64,000 nucleotides of DNA, taken from the IMG/VR virus record IMGVR_UViG_3300020471_000623, positions 18,085-82,084 of that record; one strand, 5' to 3'. The notes under the pieces were generated by a model. That model saw nothing but the letters and a program-made list of their open reading frames with translations. It searched no databases and was not told where the DNA came from. Within the stretch, counting starts at the first letter, position 1. Each line of letters begins with the position of its first letter. Positions 1 to 9,757 of this stretch are shown piece by piece. The stretch comes from a virus. Made by a program: the position numbers and the translations under genes.

Positions 1-1
1 A

Positions 2-493
2 CAGGGCACAATAAAGTATTCTAGAGAAATGTCCAATTACTATTACGAAATGCACAAAAACTGCATGGAAACTATCAATTTAGGTGTAGAATTAGACGAA
101 TTTTATCAACTTTTAAACTTACCTAGTTTACAGGCAAAAGAAAAATATGGAGACTTACATAAGTGGTTATATGTAAGGACTGCTTTTATATTAATGTCTG
201 TAAGAAACTTTATGCAACACTTAGAACAAATGATGTTAGATGAAAAACAGTTATTAAAGTTTGCAGGTAGAATGAAATTGAAAGAAGTATTTGCTACTCT
301 ATATCAAGTTAAAGATAGAGATGATTTTGACTCTTGGTTAAATGCTACAAGGAATGTTCATGCACTAAAAAGCCAGGCAATAGGAACAGGTGATGAAGGT
401 TCTTTAGATATAGAAATGACACAGACAGATCAAGAAGCTTTAAAACAATTTAAGAAGAAAAATTTTAAGAAAGACACATTGGAGTTATTTTAA
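2..493 (+). CDS. Partial CDS (frame open to window edge), unknown protein directly upstream of the 7-deazaguanine genes
   Basis: Frame is open from position 2 and its stop overlaps the next ATG (TAATG). No recognisable motif in the visible C-terminus. Confidence 0.55.
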   Translation, partial: QGTIKYSREMSNYYYEMHKNCMETINLGVELDEFYQLLNLPSLQAKEKYGDLHKWLYVRTAFILMSVRNFMQHLEQMMLDEKQLLKFAGRMKLKEVFATLYQVKDRDDFDSWLNATRNVHALKSQAIGTGDEGSLDIEMTQTDQEALKQFKKKNFKKDTLELF

Positions 494-876
494 TGATTAA
501 GAATAGATATATTAAGGTATCGTTTAGACGTGAAGGCGTTCATATGTTTCCAGGAGCTGATACAAATCCTAAATATGCTACAGGCGGTTGGGACGATGTA
601 AGTTTCCTAGGTTATCCTCATAGACATAAATTTTATTTTTATGTAACTGTAGGTGTTACACATAATGATAGGGACATAGAGTTCATACAATTTCAACGTG
701 AACTAGAAAGACTTTATGGTAACGAAGAACTACAACTTGATCACCGTTCATGTGAAATGATAGCAGAAGAGTTAATAAATTATATAGAAGACAAATATCC
801 TAACAGAGCTGTTAGAGTTGAAGTATATGAGGATGATGAAAACGGAGCAATACTAGAAAATGATTTATTTGTTTGA
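493..876 (+). CDS. QueD-paralog T-fold protein (DpdL-like, putative CDG decarboxylase)
   Basis: LGYPHRHKF (LxxxHRHxF), SCEMIAE and VEVYEDDENGA T-fold motifs; a canonical queD lies two genes downstream. Confidence 0.7.
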   Translation: MIKNRYIKVSFRREGVHMFPGADTNPKYATGGWDDVSFLGYPHRHKFYFYVTVGVTHNDRDIEFIQFQRELERLYGNEELQLDHRSCEMIAEELINYIEDKYPNRAVRVEVYEDDENGAILENDLFV

Positions 877-1918
877 TCTAGAGTATGTAGAAACACGCTA
901 TACTGCACAATGGAAAACAGAATTTCCACAGTCTATAGCAGACTCTACAGGCAATGATGTAACAATTATAGAAGGTCCAGCAGATATAGCTGGAGAACCT
1001 ACACCTGGTGCCTTCTTAGACTTTGCAGGCACAAACATTTACAAGTCTGCACAAGTAGCACAGATGTCTATGTTCTTTAGAGAAGGCAAAGTAAAAGATG
1101 GAGATCATTTTGTATTTGCAGATGCTTGGCACCCTGGTATTTTACAACTTAAATACATGCTAGAACTATTACAAATAAAAGGCACTATACATGCACTATG
1201 GCATGCAGGCAGTTATGATAAACATGACTTCTTAGGTAGACTAATAGGAAACAAACCTTGGGTAAGACTTACAGAACAAGCACTATTTCATTCTATAGAC
1301 AAAAATTATTTTGCTAGTAACTTTCATATAGAATTATTCCTAAATACATTTGGAGAAGATTGTGCAATACAAGAAAAAATTGTAAGAACAGGCTGGCCTA
1401 TGGAATACTTAACACCTGTATTACAAGCAGATACAGTAGGCACAGAAAAACAAAATTTAATATTATTTCCTCACAGAAATGCACCTGAAAAACAGTTGAA
1501 CATATTTGAGGACTTAAAGAAAGAATTACCTGAATACAATTTTATGAATTGTCAGGAACATAAATTAACTAAAAAGGATTATCATAAACTTCTAGGCGAG
1601 GCAAAGATGGTCTTTAGTGCTAATTTACAAGAAACATTAGGTATATCTTGTTATGAGATATTAAGAACAGGAGGTGTTCCATTTGTTCCTAATAGATTAT
1701 CTTATACTGAGATGTATGAAGATATATTTTTATATCCTAGTGAATGGACAGAGACTTGGAAGTCCTATCAGGAACACAAAGAAGAAATAAAAGAAAGAAT
1801 TGTTTATTTTATGGACAATTTTAATAGCAACGAAATACAAGGTGCTATTAATACAAATAGAGACATGCTCGAGGAACAATACTTCTCGGCATATAACTTA
1901 TATAAGGAGCTTATATGA
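860..1918 (+). CDS. GT-B fold glycosyltransferase
   Basis: FPHRNAPEK, FSANLQETLGISCYE and PFVPNRLSYTEM match the GT-B C-terminal nucleotide-sugar binding motifs. Confidence 0.75.
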   Translation: MIYLFDLEYVETRYTAQWKTEFPQSIADSTGNDVTIIEGPADIAGEPTPGAFLDFAGTNIYKSAQVAQMSMFFREGKVKDGDHFVFADAWHPGILQLKYMLELLQIKGTIHALWHAGSYDKHDFLGRLIGNKPWVRLTEQALFHSIDKNYFASNFHIELFLNTFGEDCAIQEKIVRTGWPMEYLTPVLQADTVGTEKQNLILFPHRNAPEKQLNIFEDLKKELPEYNFMNCQEHKLTKKDYHKLLGEAKMVFSANLQETLGISCYEILRTGGVPFVPNRLSYTEMYEDIFLYPSEWTETWKSYQEHKEEIKERIVYFMDNFNSNEIQGAINTNRDMLEEQYFSAYNLYKELI

Positions 1919-2376
1919 ATATGAGAAATTTTAAATATTTTTCTACAAAGACTTATGGACATGAAGAAGGATTGTCTTGTGCTTTTAGACAACCATTGGC
2001 AACACATAGTCATTGCAGTCTATTACATGGATACGCTTTATCATTTTCATTTAAGTTTGGTTGTGATATGTTAGATGACAAAAATTGGGTCGTAGACTTT
2101 GGCGGTTTGAAAGAACTAAAGACTTGGTTAAAAGATAACTTTGATCATAAGATAACTGTATGTAAAGATGACCCTGAAATAGAAAGAATACTAAAATTAC
2201 AAGACGAAGGATTGGCAGAAGTGGTTGTAATGAATGGTGTAGGCTGTGAAAAGTTTGCAGAACATGCGTTCCATTTTGCTAATGATCTTGTTAGTAAACA
2301 AACTAACGGGAGATGCTTTGCAGTCTCTTGTGAAGTAAGGGAACACGGAGCTAACAGCGCTATATACGAGGGCTAA
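1915..2376 (+). CDS. queD: 6-carboxy-5,6,7,8-tetrahydropterin synthase
   Basis: HCSLLHGY, WVVDFGGLK, FDHK, GCEKFAE and VREHGANSA are PTPS/QueD motifs. Confidence 0.85.
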   Translation: MNMRNFKYFSTKTYGHEEGLSCAFRQPLATHSHCSLLHGYALSFSFKFGCDMLDDKNWVVDFGGLKELKTWLKDNFDHKITVCKDDPEIERILKLQDEGLAEVVVMNGVGCEKFAEHAFHFANDLVSKQTNGRCFAVSCEVREHGANSAIYEG

Positions 2377-2378
2377 AC

Positions 2379-3440
2379 ATGAAAATAGCCCTAGTTACAG
2401 ACACCCACTTTGGTGCCAGATCAGACAATTTAGCTTTCGATGCTTACTTTGAAAAATTTTATACTGAATGTTTCTTTCCTTATCTAGAAAAGGAAGGCAT
2501 AAAAACAATATGTCATTTAGGTGATATATTTGATAGACGTAAGTATATAAATTTTAATACACTAAGATCTTGTAAAAGATACTTCTTTCAGAAGGCAGAA
2601 GACTTAGGTATTGAAATACACATGATACCTGGTAATCATGACACTTACTTTAAAAATACAAATGAAGTAAACAGTCCTAACTTATTACTAGGAGAATATA
2701 ACAACATAACATTATACGAAGAACCTACAGAGATAATGTTAGACAGACATAAGGTATTATATTTACCTTGGATATGTGGAGAAAATTATGACAGGACTAT
2801 GGCCAAAATTAAAGAGTCTGACGCAACGACTTGCTTCGGACATTTTGAATTCGCAGGTTACTTCCTTTTGCCTGGAATGCCTAATATCCATGGCATGGAT
2901 ACTGACGCTTTTAGTGGTTTTGACCTTGTGGTTTCTGGCCACTTTCATCATCGCCATAGCAGAGGGAATATTACATATATGGGCAACCCTTACGAAATCA
3001 CTTGGTCTGACTATGACGACCCTCGTGGATTCGCCATATTCGACACAGTTAAAGGAGATTTGGAATACATCAACAACCCGTTTAGAATCTTCCACAAAAT
3101 TTATTACGACGATAGTGATTTCGAGGGCGTCAATGATATCAGCAATTTTGATTTTAATAGTATTGTTGGTTCTAATGTTAAGTTAATTGTAACTAAGAAA
3201 CAGGACTATGCTAGGTTTGATCATTTCGTAGACAAACTTTACCAATGTAATCTAATAGATTTAAAAATTATAGAAGACTTATCTGAATTTGAAGATGAGG
3301 CATTAGATGAGAACATTGACTTAGAAGATACTATGACATTATTAAAAGAATATGTAAATGCTGTTGAAACAGACTTAGACAAACAAAGGATAAAGAACTT
3401 GTTACAAACATTATATATTGAAGCACAAGATACAGTATGA
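2379..3440 (+). CDS. gp47: Recombination endonuclease subunit (Mre11/SbcD-like, T4 gp47)
   Basis: DTHFG, GDIFD, GNHD and SGHFH metallophosphoesterase motifs; adjacent to gp46. Confidence 0.95.
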   Translation: MKIALVTDTHFGARSDNLAFDAYFEKFYTECFFPYLEKEGIKTICHLGDIFDRRKYINFNTLRSCKRYFFQKAEDLGIEIHMIPGNHDTYFKNTNEVNSPNLLLGEYNNITLYEEPTEIMLDRHKVLYLPWICGENYDRTMAKIKESDATTCFGHFEFAGYFLLPGMPNIHGMDTDAFSGFDLVVSGHFHHRHSRGNITYMGNPYEITWSDYDDPRGFAIFDTVKGDLEYINNPFRIFHKIYYDDSDFEGVNDISNFDFNSIVGSNVKLIVTKKQDYARFDHFVDKLYQCNLIDLKIIEDLSEFEDEALDENIDLEDTMTLLKEYVNAVETDLDKQRIKNLLQTLYIEAQDTV

Positions 3441-5134
3441 TAAATTTTAAAAATCTTAGATGGAAAAACTTTTTATCTACAGGCAATGCCTGGACAGAGA
3501 TAGACTTTGAAAGAAGTCCTTCTACATTAATTATAGGTGAGAATGGCTCTGGTAAATCTACATTACTAGACGCTTTAACCTATGCCTTGTTTAACAAGCC
3601 TTTTAGAAATGTATCTAAACCTCAGTTAATTAATTCTATTAATAATAAACATTGTCTAGTAGAAATTAATTTTAGTATAGGCAGTAAGAATTATTTGATA
3701 AGACGTGGACTACAACCGAGAGTATTTGATATAGAAATAAATGGTGACAAAGTAGATAAGAATGCTAATATAAGAGACTTTCAGAAGTATTTAGAAGAGA
3801 ACATTCTAAAACTTAATTACAAATCTTTTACACAGATAGTGATGTTAGGTAGTGCATCTTTTACTCCTTTTATGCAGTTACATTTAGGAGCGAGACGTGA
3901 GATTATAGAAGATATATTAGACATTAGTATCTTTACAAGTATGAACTCTGTATTGAAAACAAAGTATGCAGAACTAGAAACTAAACTTAGAGTAATTACA
4001 GGTGAAATAGATGTAGCAAAGCAGAAAGCAAATATTCAAGAACAATATATACAAACATTAGAAACAGATAAACAGTCTAAAGTAGACAAAATACTGGAAG
4101 AAATAGATGAGACGACAAAACAGGTCAAGATTTATCAGGAGAATGCAGCAGCAACAACAGAGGAGAAGGAGAGCCTGGGTAATGCAAAAGAAAAACAACA
4201 ACAGCTCGACAAATACAGAACAAAGTTTGAACAACAAATCTCTTCTCACAGAAAACACTTAGACTTCTTTCATAACACAGACGAATGTCCTACTTGCCAA
4301 CAAGGCATAGAACACGATCATAAAGAGGTAATGACACAGAGAGATGAAGACAAAATCTCTGAACTTGAAAAGGCTCTAGTCGAACTGGATACGCAGTATA
4401 GCGAGGTAGAAAAACTTGTTGCACAGATACAAGAATTGGACAATAAGATAATGGAAGCTAACAACGAAGCTATATCACAACAAAGGCTCTTACAACGATT
4501 ACAATTAGAATATCAGGATACACAAAACAAAGTAGGTGATATAGATGTTGAGAAAAAGAAACTTAGAAAGTTAGCAAAAGAAGCTGTAGGAAAGACAGAA
4601 GAAAAGATTACACTTACAGAAGATGAACATTACTTTGATGTAGCAAAAGCAATGCTACAAGATTCTGGTATTAAAACTAAAATTATTAAGGCATATTTGC
4701 CTATAATTAATAAGTTAGTTAATAAATACCTGGCAAGTATGGATTTCTTTGTTCAGTTTGAACTTGATGAAACATTTAAAGAAACAATAAAATCCAGACA
4801 CAGAGATGAATTTAGTTATGCATCTTTTAGTGAAGGAGAGAAACAAAGAATAGACTTAGCATTAGTATTTACATGGAGAACTATTGCTAAGATGAAGAAT
4901 TCTGCTAGCACAAATATCTTATTATTAGATGAGGTGTTTGATAGTAGTTTAGATAATAATGGAACTGAATATGTGATGCAACTGTTGAACACAATAGGAG
5001 AGGATACAAATGTCTTTGTAATATCTCATAAAGGTGATCAATTGTTTGACAAATTTAGAAGCGTTATTAGGTTTGAGAAAAGGCAAAACTATTCTGTATT
5101 AGAGAATAGAAAAATGGAAAACGAATTTCAATAG
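3437..5134 (+). CDS. gp46: Recombination ATPase subunit (Rad50/SbcC-like, T4 gp46)
   Basis: Walker A GENGSGKS, zinc hook CPTC, signature FSEGEK, Walker B LLLDE, coiled coil. Confidence 0.96.
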   Translation: MINFKNLRWKNFLSTGNAWTEIDFERSPSTLIIGENGSGKSTLLDALTYALFNKPFRNVSKPQLINSINNKHCLVEINFSIGSKNYLIRRGLQPRVFDIEINGDKVDKNANIRDFQKYLEENILKLNYKSFTQIVMLGSASFTPFMQLHLGARREIIEDILDISIFTSMNSVLKTKYAELETKLRVITGEIDVAKQKANIQEQYIQTLETDKQSKVDKILEEIDETTKQVKIYQENAAATTEEKESLGNAKEKQQQLDKYRTKFEQQISSHRKHLDFFHNTDECPTCQQGIEHDHKEVMTQRDEDKISELEKALVELDTQYSEVEKLVAQIQELDNKIMEANNEAISQQRLLQRLQLEYQDTQNKVGDIDVEKKKLRKLAKEAVGKTEEKITLTEDEHYFDVAKAMLQDSGIKTKIIKAYLPIINKLVNKYLASMDFFVQFELDETFKETIKSRHRDEFSYASFSEGEKQRIDLALVFTWRTIAKMKNSASTNILLLDEVFDSSLDNNGTEYVMQLLNTIGEDTNVFVISHKGDQLFDKFRSVIRFEKRQNYSVLENRKMENEFQ

Positions 5135-5153
5135 ATAAAATAAGGAGAAAATA

Positions 5154-5363
5154 TTGAAAAAGTTAATACCTGTATTATTACTTCTGGCAGGTTGTAATTC
5201 ACAAGGTTACACCAAAGGAAATTTTTATGATGACCCAGACAACTTCCGTTGTCCTAATACACATTTTGCATTGTGTGAAGGTCATATGAGAACCCAAATG
5301 GAATGTCAATGTGTTGATAAACAACTACAAAGGCAGGTCCTACAAGGATTAAGTGGCTGGTAA
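5154..5363 (+). CDS. Small Cys-rich lipoprotein
   Basis: TTG start after AAGGAG; signal peptide with lipobox LAGC; four further Cys. Confidence 0.65.
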   Translation: MKKLIPVLLLLAGCNSQGYTKGNFYDDPDNFRCPNTHFALCEGHMRTQMECQCVDKQLQRQVLQGLSGW

Positions 5364-5661
5364 AGGTAGCAAACGTAGACCTGGAAAAGGCTATGAAGAT
5401 AATTGGGACAGGATATTTAGAAAGGAAAAGAATATGATTACAATATATGGAAAGTCAAGATGTAGTTTTTGCACACAAGCAAAAAATCTATGTGAACAGA
5501 AAGGTTTAGATTATGAATATAAAATGTTAGATGCTGATTATACATCTGATGAATTCTTTGAAACCTTTCCAGGTGCTAGAACCTTCCCACAAATTATTAT
5601 GAACGGAGAAAAAATTGGTGGATATGCTGGTCTAGTTGAGTTATTAACTAACGAGGAATAA
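5353..5661 (+). CDS. Glutaredoxin (domain starts at ATG 5434; basic 27-aa in-frame N-terminal extension)
   Basis: CSFC active site, RTFPQI cis-Pro motif, IGGY. Confidence 0.9.
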   Translation: MAGKGSKRRPGKGYEDNWDRIFRKEKNMITIYGKSRCSFCTQAKNLCEQKGLDYEYKMLDADYTSDEFFETFPGARTFPQIIMNGEKIGGYAGLVELLTNEE

Positions 5662-5664
5662 ATT

Positions 5665-6117
5665 ATGAACGTATGGAGTTTGTCTGAGATACAGACAAAT
5701 CATATCATAGATAGTCAGCCTAAAAAAATGTTGGAATGGGGAAGTGGAGAAGCTTCTCAAAAATTTGTTCAGGCAGGAATAGATCTTACAAGTATAGAAC
5801 ATAACGAAGGCATGTTTCCACATGCAGGTAATTATAAAGTCGTCCCACCTATACTAAGAACACACTTTGAACCTAAACAATTTATAGATTGGTCACCATA
5901 TGTAATGGTAGAAAACTTAGAACAATACGATTGCATACTAATTGATGGAGAGGCAAGGGGAGAGTGTTTAGCATGGACTGCTAGATATGCAGATAGAAAT
6001 GCCAGAATATATTTAGATGATTATCAACGTGGATGGTATGGTTGGGCATTAGACTTCTTTGATGTTATAAATGTTATAGAAGGTTTTGCACACATGGCAG
6101 AGCTAAAAATAAAATGA
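5665..6117 (+). CDS. SAM-dependent methyltransferase-like protein
   Basis: LEWGSG motif I, SIEH, ILIDG..R, LDD. Confidence 0.65.
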   Translation: MNVWSLSEIQTNHIIDSQPKKMLEWGSGEASQKFVQAGIDLTSIEHNEGMFPHAGNYKVVPPILRTHFEPKQFIDWSPYVMVENLEQYDCILIDGEARGECLAWTARYADRNARIYLDDYQRGWYGWALDFFDVINVIEGFAHMAELKIK

Positions 6118-6770
6118 GTGAAAAAGAACAATTACCAAGTGCAGTAGATGACGCAGCAGATGTAATGTCTAAATATGATAGGCCATCTTATGATGACCCT
6201 GCACCAGAACCTGTTGCAACATATGATGGTCCTGAACTATTACATATGACTCACCCTTCTCTAAAGAAAGCACCTTCAGAAGTTAATGTAGAAACAGAAG
6301 ATCTTAAATTACTAAAAGAAAAATTACTAGAAGCTATGTATTTTTATGGTGGCGTAGGATTATCTGCTAATCAAGTAGGCATAGATGGCAAGTATTTTGT
6401 TATGGGCTCTAAGTTAGTAACAGAAGAAGAAGAGAATACATTCGAGAAGTGTTTTTTCAATCCTAAAATTGTATCTGTATCTAAAGAAGAAACATCACAG
6501 AAAGAAGGTTGTTTATCTTTTCCAGGACTATGGTTAATGGTAAAAAGACCTGAAAAGGTAACTTTACAATACATCAATTCTGATGGAGAAGAGATGGTAG
6601 AAACATACGAAGGCGTATCTGCTAGAGTTATTTTACACGAATATGATCATATGTTAGGTGCAAACTTCACAGGCAGAGTATCTAGACTAAAGCTAGAACG
6701 TGGTTTGAAGGCAGCACAGAAAAAGTATAAAAAACACCAAAGGCGTATGCAACGCTTTCCACAGGCATAA
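6114..6770 (+). CDS. def: Peptide deformylase
   Basis: GVGLSANQVG, EGCLS and HEYDH motifs. Confidence 0.95.
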   Translation: MSEKEQLPSAVDDAADVMSKYDRPSYDDPAPEPVATYDGPELLHMTHPSLKKAPSEVNVETEDLKLLKEKLLEAMYFYGGVGLSANQVGIDGKYFVMGSKLVTEEEENTFEKCFFNPKIVSVSKEETSQKEGCLSFPGLWLMVKRPEKVTLQYINSDGEEMVETYEGVSARVILHEYDHMLGANFTGRVSRLKLERGLKAAQKKYKKHQRRMQRFPQA

Positions 6771-6798
6771 ATAGTTATTTAACACAAAGGAGTAAGCA

Positions 6799-7149
6799 AT
6801 GGCAGAAGAATTTGATTTTGGTTTTACCGCCGTAGACGAGCCCGACCAAGGGACACCTGCGCCGGCCGCTCCTTCTATTGATGAAGACAAAATCATGGAT
6901 AAATTACAGCAGTTAGAAGCTAAGATATTATCAGCCGATAACTCCGGGATGATCAACGAACACAGATCATTAATTGAATCAGACGTGGCAACAAAACTTC
7001 GTGATGTAGAGGATCTGGTCCTCCCTTTACTATTCAATTTACAAAAGAATCCTGAGAAGGAATATATACATTGGCCAAACAGAACGGCTATCATTGACAA
7101 ACAAATTGAAAAGATAAAGGCAGTAACCAGATACTATGAGCGAATCTAA
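6799..7149 (+). CDS. Hypothetical T4-like phage protein
   Basis: SD AAGGAG and upstream late-like CATAAATA; FDFGFTAVDE and NPEKEYIHWPNR resemble a protein recalled from marine T4-like phages. Confidence 0.75.
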   Translation: MAEEFDFGFTAVDEPDQGTPAPAAPSIDEDKIMDKLQQLEAKILSADNSGMINEHRSLIESDVATKLRDVEDLVLPLLFNLQKNPEKEYIHWPNRTAIIDKQIEKIKAVTRYYERI

Positions 7150-7732
7150 ACCAATACAACAACAACCAAATCCTAGCAACATATATGAAAAACCCGTTGC
7201 TAGGATGTTTGACTTCTATTTGACAGGTCACATAGAAGAAGCAAAACAATTCCAAGACTGGAACCAGATAATGAGAACAGCAACAGAAAATGATGCTATT
7301 ATCATACATATAAACTCTGGTGGAGGCGACATGTTTACAGTAATTCAATTACTAAGAAGCATGACAGAAAGTCCAGCAACTATTGTAGCCTCAGTAGAGG
7401 GACAATGTATGTCAGCAGCTACACTAATCTTTTTATCAGCAGATGTATGTGAAATATCAGAACATAGTCATTTTATGTTTCACACATATAGCTCTGGTAA
7501 TTGGGGAAAAGGTAGTGAGCAGTTGGCCTCGGTAACAGCAGATGATAAATGGGCTAGACATCTATTTAATTCTGTTTATAAAAATTTCTTGACCCCACAA
7601 GAAATAAAGGAGATAGTAGACGGTAAGGACCTTTGGATGAATCCTGCAGAAGTGAAAAAACGTTTAGAAGAAAGAAACAAAAAAGCACAAAAATCTAAAG
7701 GACCAAAAAAGCCTAAAAAAGCTTTACTCTAG
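7136..7732 (+). CDS. ClpP-like serine protease
   Basis: HINSGGG, CMSAA (catalytic Ser), FMFH (catalytic His), DLWM. Confidence 0.85.
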   Translation: MSESKPIQQQPNPSNIYEKPVARMFDFYLTGHIEEAKQFQDWNQIMRTATENDAIIIHINSGGGDMFTVIQLLRSMTESPATIVASVEGQCMSAATLIFLSADVCEISEHSHFMFHTYSSGNWGKGSEQLASVTADDKWARHLFNSVYKNFLTPQEIKEIVDGKDLWMNPAEVKKRLEERNKKAQKSKGPKKPKKALL

Positions 7733-7751
7733 GTTCTAGAACGTCTAATAT
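7723..7751 (+). promoter_or_regulatory. Putative sigma70-type promoter carrying the shared spacer motif
   Basis: TTTACT-ctaggttctagaacgtc-TAATAT (17-nt spacer); ATG 6 nt downstream. Confidence 0.45.
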
Positions 7752-7757
7752 TATATT

Positions 7758-8171
7758 ATGAAAAAGAAAGTATATTTAGATTTAAAAGTAAAATCGATTA
7801 TTTCAGTGCTAGTAATACTAGGTATCATACTTTACGCAGCTCCTATTAAGGCAGCTGATACAAGAGATGTAATAGCTGGTGTTATTATAGGTGGGATTAT
7901 AGGTTCAGAGATTGAGAAGGCAAATGAAAGAGCTGGAACAACTGTTATATATCCTAATAATCCTAGAGTGCCATATGGACATAACTCTGTAAGAGAGTAT
8001 CGTTACTATGAGAAACTTCCTAATGCTATAACATATTGCAGAATGCCAATGGATACAATATATGTTCCAGATAAAAGGAATTTTGATCCTCGTCGTGACC
8101 CTTTATATTTAGGTGAATGGCATTGGTCAGCACATGAGCAAGCGTGGATAAGAGACACTCGACAAAAATAA
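7758..8171 (+). CDS. Exported glycine-zipper protein
   Basis: Hydrophobic signal/TM segment followed by DVIAGVIIGGIIGSEI. Confidence 0.6.
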   Translation: MKKKVYLDLKVKSIISVLVILGIILYAAPIKAADTRDVIAGVIIGGIIGSEIEKANERAGTTVIYPNNPRVPYGHNSVREYRYYEKLPNAITYCRMPMDTIYVPDKRNFDPRRDPLYLGEWHWSAHEQAWIRDTRQK

Positions 8172-8189
8172 TATTAATTAAGGAGTGAT

Positions 8190-9755
8190 ATGAAAAATAT
8201 TATGTATTGTATGGCTACGGTCATACTTTTATTCAGCATGTCTGGAGCTTATGCCTCAGATATTGAAGAGGTAATTGTTGTAGGAGCTAAGGTTAGTTAC
8301 AGCAACAGTGACCCAGAAAGTGAGTCAAATGCTATGGAAGCAATTGACCCAACAAGAGTATTCCAAGCAGGAGGCTTAGGTGGTTTTAATGCAGCTACAA
8401 TAAATGGAACTGATACTAAACACACAGCAGTCTATAGAAATGGAATACCTGTAAATGACGTAGGTAATGGTTGGTATGATTTTGGAACAGAACTATCTCA
8501 GAACCAAATATACAAAATAATATCAGGACCTAATAGTGCTATATACGGCAGTTCTTCTATGGGAGGAACAATACTTATTGAAGACTCATTTGAAAGACAA
8601 GCATTCTTTCAAGCAGGTGAGGATACATATAAAGTTATGGCAGGTAATGAGTTCATTAATGTAGGACAATATAGAGGTTCTACAGGAAGTGCTAAATCAA
8701 ATAACACAGAAAAAGATTTCTTTGAAAACACAACGGCTAGAAGTAAATTTGTATTTGGAGATTGGTCTATCAATACCAATCATCAGAAATATGAAACAGA
8801 TTATGACGGTTGTTGGAATGCTAATTGGGAAGAAGTAAATGATTGTGTCAGTAAAGGAGAGAAACATGATGTGTCTATTAGAGGTGATTGGCTAACAGTT
8901 GGTTATTCTAGAAATGATGCACAGTTCTATACAGAAGGAGTTCAAACTTGGTCAGCAGTAAGTGAAAGATATTTTGCTGATGCTAATAAAGAAGTAACTG
9001 AAGGTGTAGTAATAGGATTACAAGGACATAGAGAGGAATACGGACCTAATTGGGACGAACACCTAGCAGCTTATTTAAATGTTGAACATGTAGATGACGA
9101 CATGAATAAGATTGGTTTCTCATATAGATTTGAGGAGAAGGAAAGTATATTTAGATTAGGTGGTGAGTATGGATTATTTAGAATCTCAGCAGCTAATAGT
9201 ATTCGTAAACCTAACCTATATGAAAGGTATGGAGATGGATTTGTAAGTGCTAATCCTTTTCTAAAACCTGAAATAGGTAAAGGTATTGAAATGGGATACG
9301 ACCACTTCTCGGCATGGTTTTATAGATTCTCAGAAAGTATTGAGTATGACTTTGTAGGTCAACAATATATAAATGCTGGTGGTTATGAATCTAAAGGTGT
9401 TAAGTATGACAATTATATAATGTCAGACTATGGAAATTTTGGTGTGTTATTAGTATATCAAGTTACTGATAAAATTAGAATTCCTAAATACAAATCTAAA
9501 CTATCATGGTTTGATGGTGACGATGAATTTGATTATGAACTATCTTGGATTGCACAAGTAGACAGAGGCAATGACTTTGATGGCTCTGCAATAGAAGATG
9601 TAAACACAATCAACCTAGATCTTGGCTGGAATTTAGGACCTAATTATAGGATATCACTAGCTATAAATGACATTCTCGATCGAGAATTTGAGGTTTTACC
9701 AGGATATGGAGCTGGCGGAAGAACAGTTTATCTTGGTTTGCGCCTAACTTATTGA
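8190..9755 (+). CDS. btuB: TonB-dependent outer membrane receptor, BtuB (cobalamin)-like, compact
   Basis: Signal peptide, TonB box EEVIVVG, plug motifs YRNGIPVND and GPNSAIYGSSSMGGTI, C-terminus NDILDREFEVLPGYGAGGRTVYLGLRLTY. Substrate assignment is less certain than the family call. Confidence 0.75.
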   Translation: MKNIMYCMATVILLFSMSGAYASDIEEVIVVGAKVSYSNSDPESESNAMEAIDPTRVFQAGGLGGFNAATINGTDTKHTAVYRNGIPVNDVGNGWYDFGTELSQNQIYKIISGPNSAIYGSSSMGGTILIEDSFERQAFFQAGEDTYKVMAGNEFINVGQYRGSTGSAKSNNTEKDFFENTTARSKFVFGDWSINTNHQKYETDYDGCWNANWEEVNDCVSKGEKHDVSIRGDWLTVGYSRNDAQFYTEGVQTWSAVSERYFADANKEVTEGVVIGLQGHREEYGPNWDEHLAAYLNVEHVDDDMNKIGFSYRFEEKESIFRLGGEYGLFRISAANSIRKPNLYERYGDGFVSANPFLKPEIGKGIEMGYDHFSAWFYRFSESIEYDFVGQQYINAGGYESKGVKYDNYIMSDYGNFGVLLVYQVTDKIRIPKYKSKLSWFDGDDEFDYELSWIAQVDRGNDFDGSAIEDVNTINLDLGWNLGPNYRISLAINDILDREFEVLPGYGAGGRTVYLGLRLTY

Positions 9756-9757
9756 TA
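9745..9757 (+). promoter_or_regulatory. Putative IHF binding site
   Basis: TAACTTATTGATA is an exact reverse complement of WATCAANNNNTTR; related copy at 33028-33040. Confidence 0.45.
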
